The notes under the pieces were generated by a model, which saw only the letters and a list, made by a program, of their open reading frames with translations, had not been told where the DNA came from and did no database searches. Positions 62,501 to 64,000 of a DNA stretch of 64,000 bases are shown one piece after another. The position numbers were made by a program, and so were the translations under genes. The stretch comes from Marsupella aquatica (taxonomy: Eukaryota; Plantae; Marchantiophyta). The first letter of the stretch is position 1; the number at the start of each line of letters is the position of its first letter. Where the stretch lies: NCBI GenBank assembly GCA_973895155.1, contig OZ316893.1, positions 14,848,645-14,912,644 on the forward strand. Reading direction: 5' to 3'.

Positions 62501-63358
62501 TAGAAATTGGTGTTCCTTAGGGACAGTACCAGGCGTCCCACTTTCTTGCACATCAAAAAGCAACACCCAGATAGATTGAAGTAATAACACTCAATGCCAT
62601 ATCAAAATAATAGGGTTGTACGTCAATATGCACTAGCCAGATAGGTCGAAGTAATAACACTCAGTAACACTCTGGTTTGTTGTGGTATGGAAAGTTAGCC
62701 CAACCTGTGGGCACATGGCACACAACACCGGATGCTGCCTTGTTTTGATGTGCATTTACCAAGATTTCCATACCTTTTAAGTACTCAAAAGTCGCTAGTA
62801 TAGTTTTAAAAACTCGAAGTGATAATTAAATAAATCTTGGAAATTCATCATTTCAGATCGATCAAAATGTTTTTAGAGTACAATTGTAAGAATTCAACTC
62901 CAATCCTTTCGTATGACATATTATTTACACCGATAGAAAACACTAAGTTCAAGGTTGTCCAAGATCATTGAACTTTTAGCATACACATTCATAAGGAACC
63001 TATATTATATTGAAGCTTTATACACAGTATTCACAGGGAAATTTAAATGTTGTGCATGCTATTCATGTTAGTAGAATTCACGTTAATATCCAGAGGAAAG
63101 GCGCTCATCAATTGACCAGGATGAAGTTTGAATCCACGCCTGTATGCTGCCTTCCTGCAGATCAATTTAGATATGAAGGACCCCAAACTGTCCAGATTAA
63201 AGGAACTGTCCGGCCAGTTGGCCTTTGTGATCTTACTGACTGACAAACAACTGTTGTGTGTTCTCAAATCTTGATTGCAGATCAGCTCGGGATTGAGTTC
63301 GACCACAGAAGAGATGATTGCAGTTCTCCATAAGGCTTCTAGCTCACCCAACAGGTGA
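56522..63358 (+). CDS. bHLH transcription factor with C-terminal ACT-like domain (H-E-R G-box-binding type; group III/IV neighbourhood)
   Basis: 4 coding exons: 56522-57445, 58124-58531, 59599-59829, 63281-63358. bHLH QRENHILAERQRREEMNEKFSALRAMIPKATK|KDKASIVGDTIGYVLELEKTL; ACT-like AVIKIVCARSSGLVLRILLALDECKVDILQSNVT...ITVQ|ISSGLSSTTEEMIAVLHKA. The last exon is less certain. A 5'UTR intron may end at cgcag, 56471. Confidence 0.88.
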
Positions 63359-64000
63359 CAAATTATAGATATAAATTTATATGTATGTACTTAGGCTTTG
63401 TAGAGTGATCTGAGGTGTTGGACTGCTGAAGCGCATTCTTATTTCAATGGCCAGCAGTCCAATCTGCGAGCAATCATCTGGTCCACCATCGCTCATCGGA
63501 CCTTGGAATATCCAGACTATTAAACCCGTAAGCAGTTTTCTTGTAACCTTAGAATTCTAGCTATTGTGTCGATCATATGTCCTTAGAACTGTCTGTCCAC
63601 TATACCGTCCTACAGGTATATATGTGGATATATACACACCCACACAGGCCCACACACTTATGCCTCGCAAGAGGTTGGGCTTCAACACCTCTGTGTTGTT
63701 GCGTCATATATACAACATGAGCTAGAGAGCATGTTGTGCATAATTTCTGGACGATTAGACATCTTCCAGAGAACATGAAGTGGTACAAATTTCTACTCCT
63801 GGCAACTGACTGGCTAGAGAATGATCAGCTGAGCATTCTACTGACTTAGAAGCAAGCTGAAGTTTCGAAAATGAATCGCCACACCTAAAATCAATCTAAC
63901 CACTGTCTTGTCACATCCTGTACTTGGTCTACGGTAACAGATCAAATTGTCTTAACTAATCTACTAGGTAGCTTATACCATTTTTATACCACTCTGACTA

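Noticed and set aside
63395-63420. gctttgtagagtgatctgaggt resembling the intron and 3' half of tRNA-Met (split tRNA idea)
   Set aside because: Only ~14 nt match with a gap, no T-loop GTTCGA or acceptor stem, and it lies in the bHLH 3'UTR; chance similarity.

Overview
Eukaryotic nuclear DNA from a land plant. Gene style, intron sizes and long GA/CT-rich leaders suggest a bryophyte, probably a liverwort (inference). Six intron-containing protein genes were reconstructed exon by exon: FAS2/CAF-1 p60 (+), a plastid-type ABC1K atypical kinase (-), a multi-MATH/TRAF coiled-coil protein (-), KTI12/DRL1 (+), a plastid membrane protein with a CxxC-CxxC tail similar to AT2G44870 (-), and a bHLH-ACT transcription factor (+). 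The intergenic blocks hold non-autonomous DNA transposons (Helitron, PIF/Harbinger, Tc1/mariner-like, a TTAA-flanked MITE), tandem repeats and palindromes. The most notable observations are a minor-spliceosome AT-AC (U12) intron in KTI12; a 5' half of an unspliced pre-tRNA-Met inserted in a satellite with a 17-bp target-site duplication (tailless retropseudogene); a Harbinger deletion derivative whose empty site is present 440 bp upstream; a duplicated Asf1-binding B-domain-like motif in FAS2; and an amphipathic 41-aa repeat in the ABC1K N-terminus. I found no evidence for a prokaryote-style novel system.
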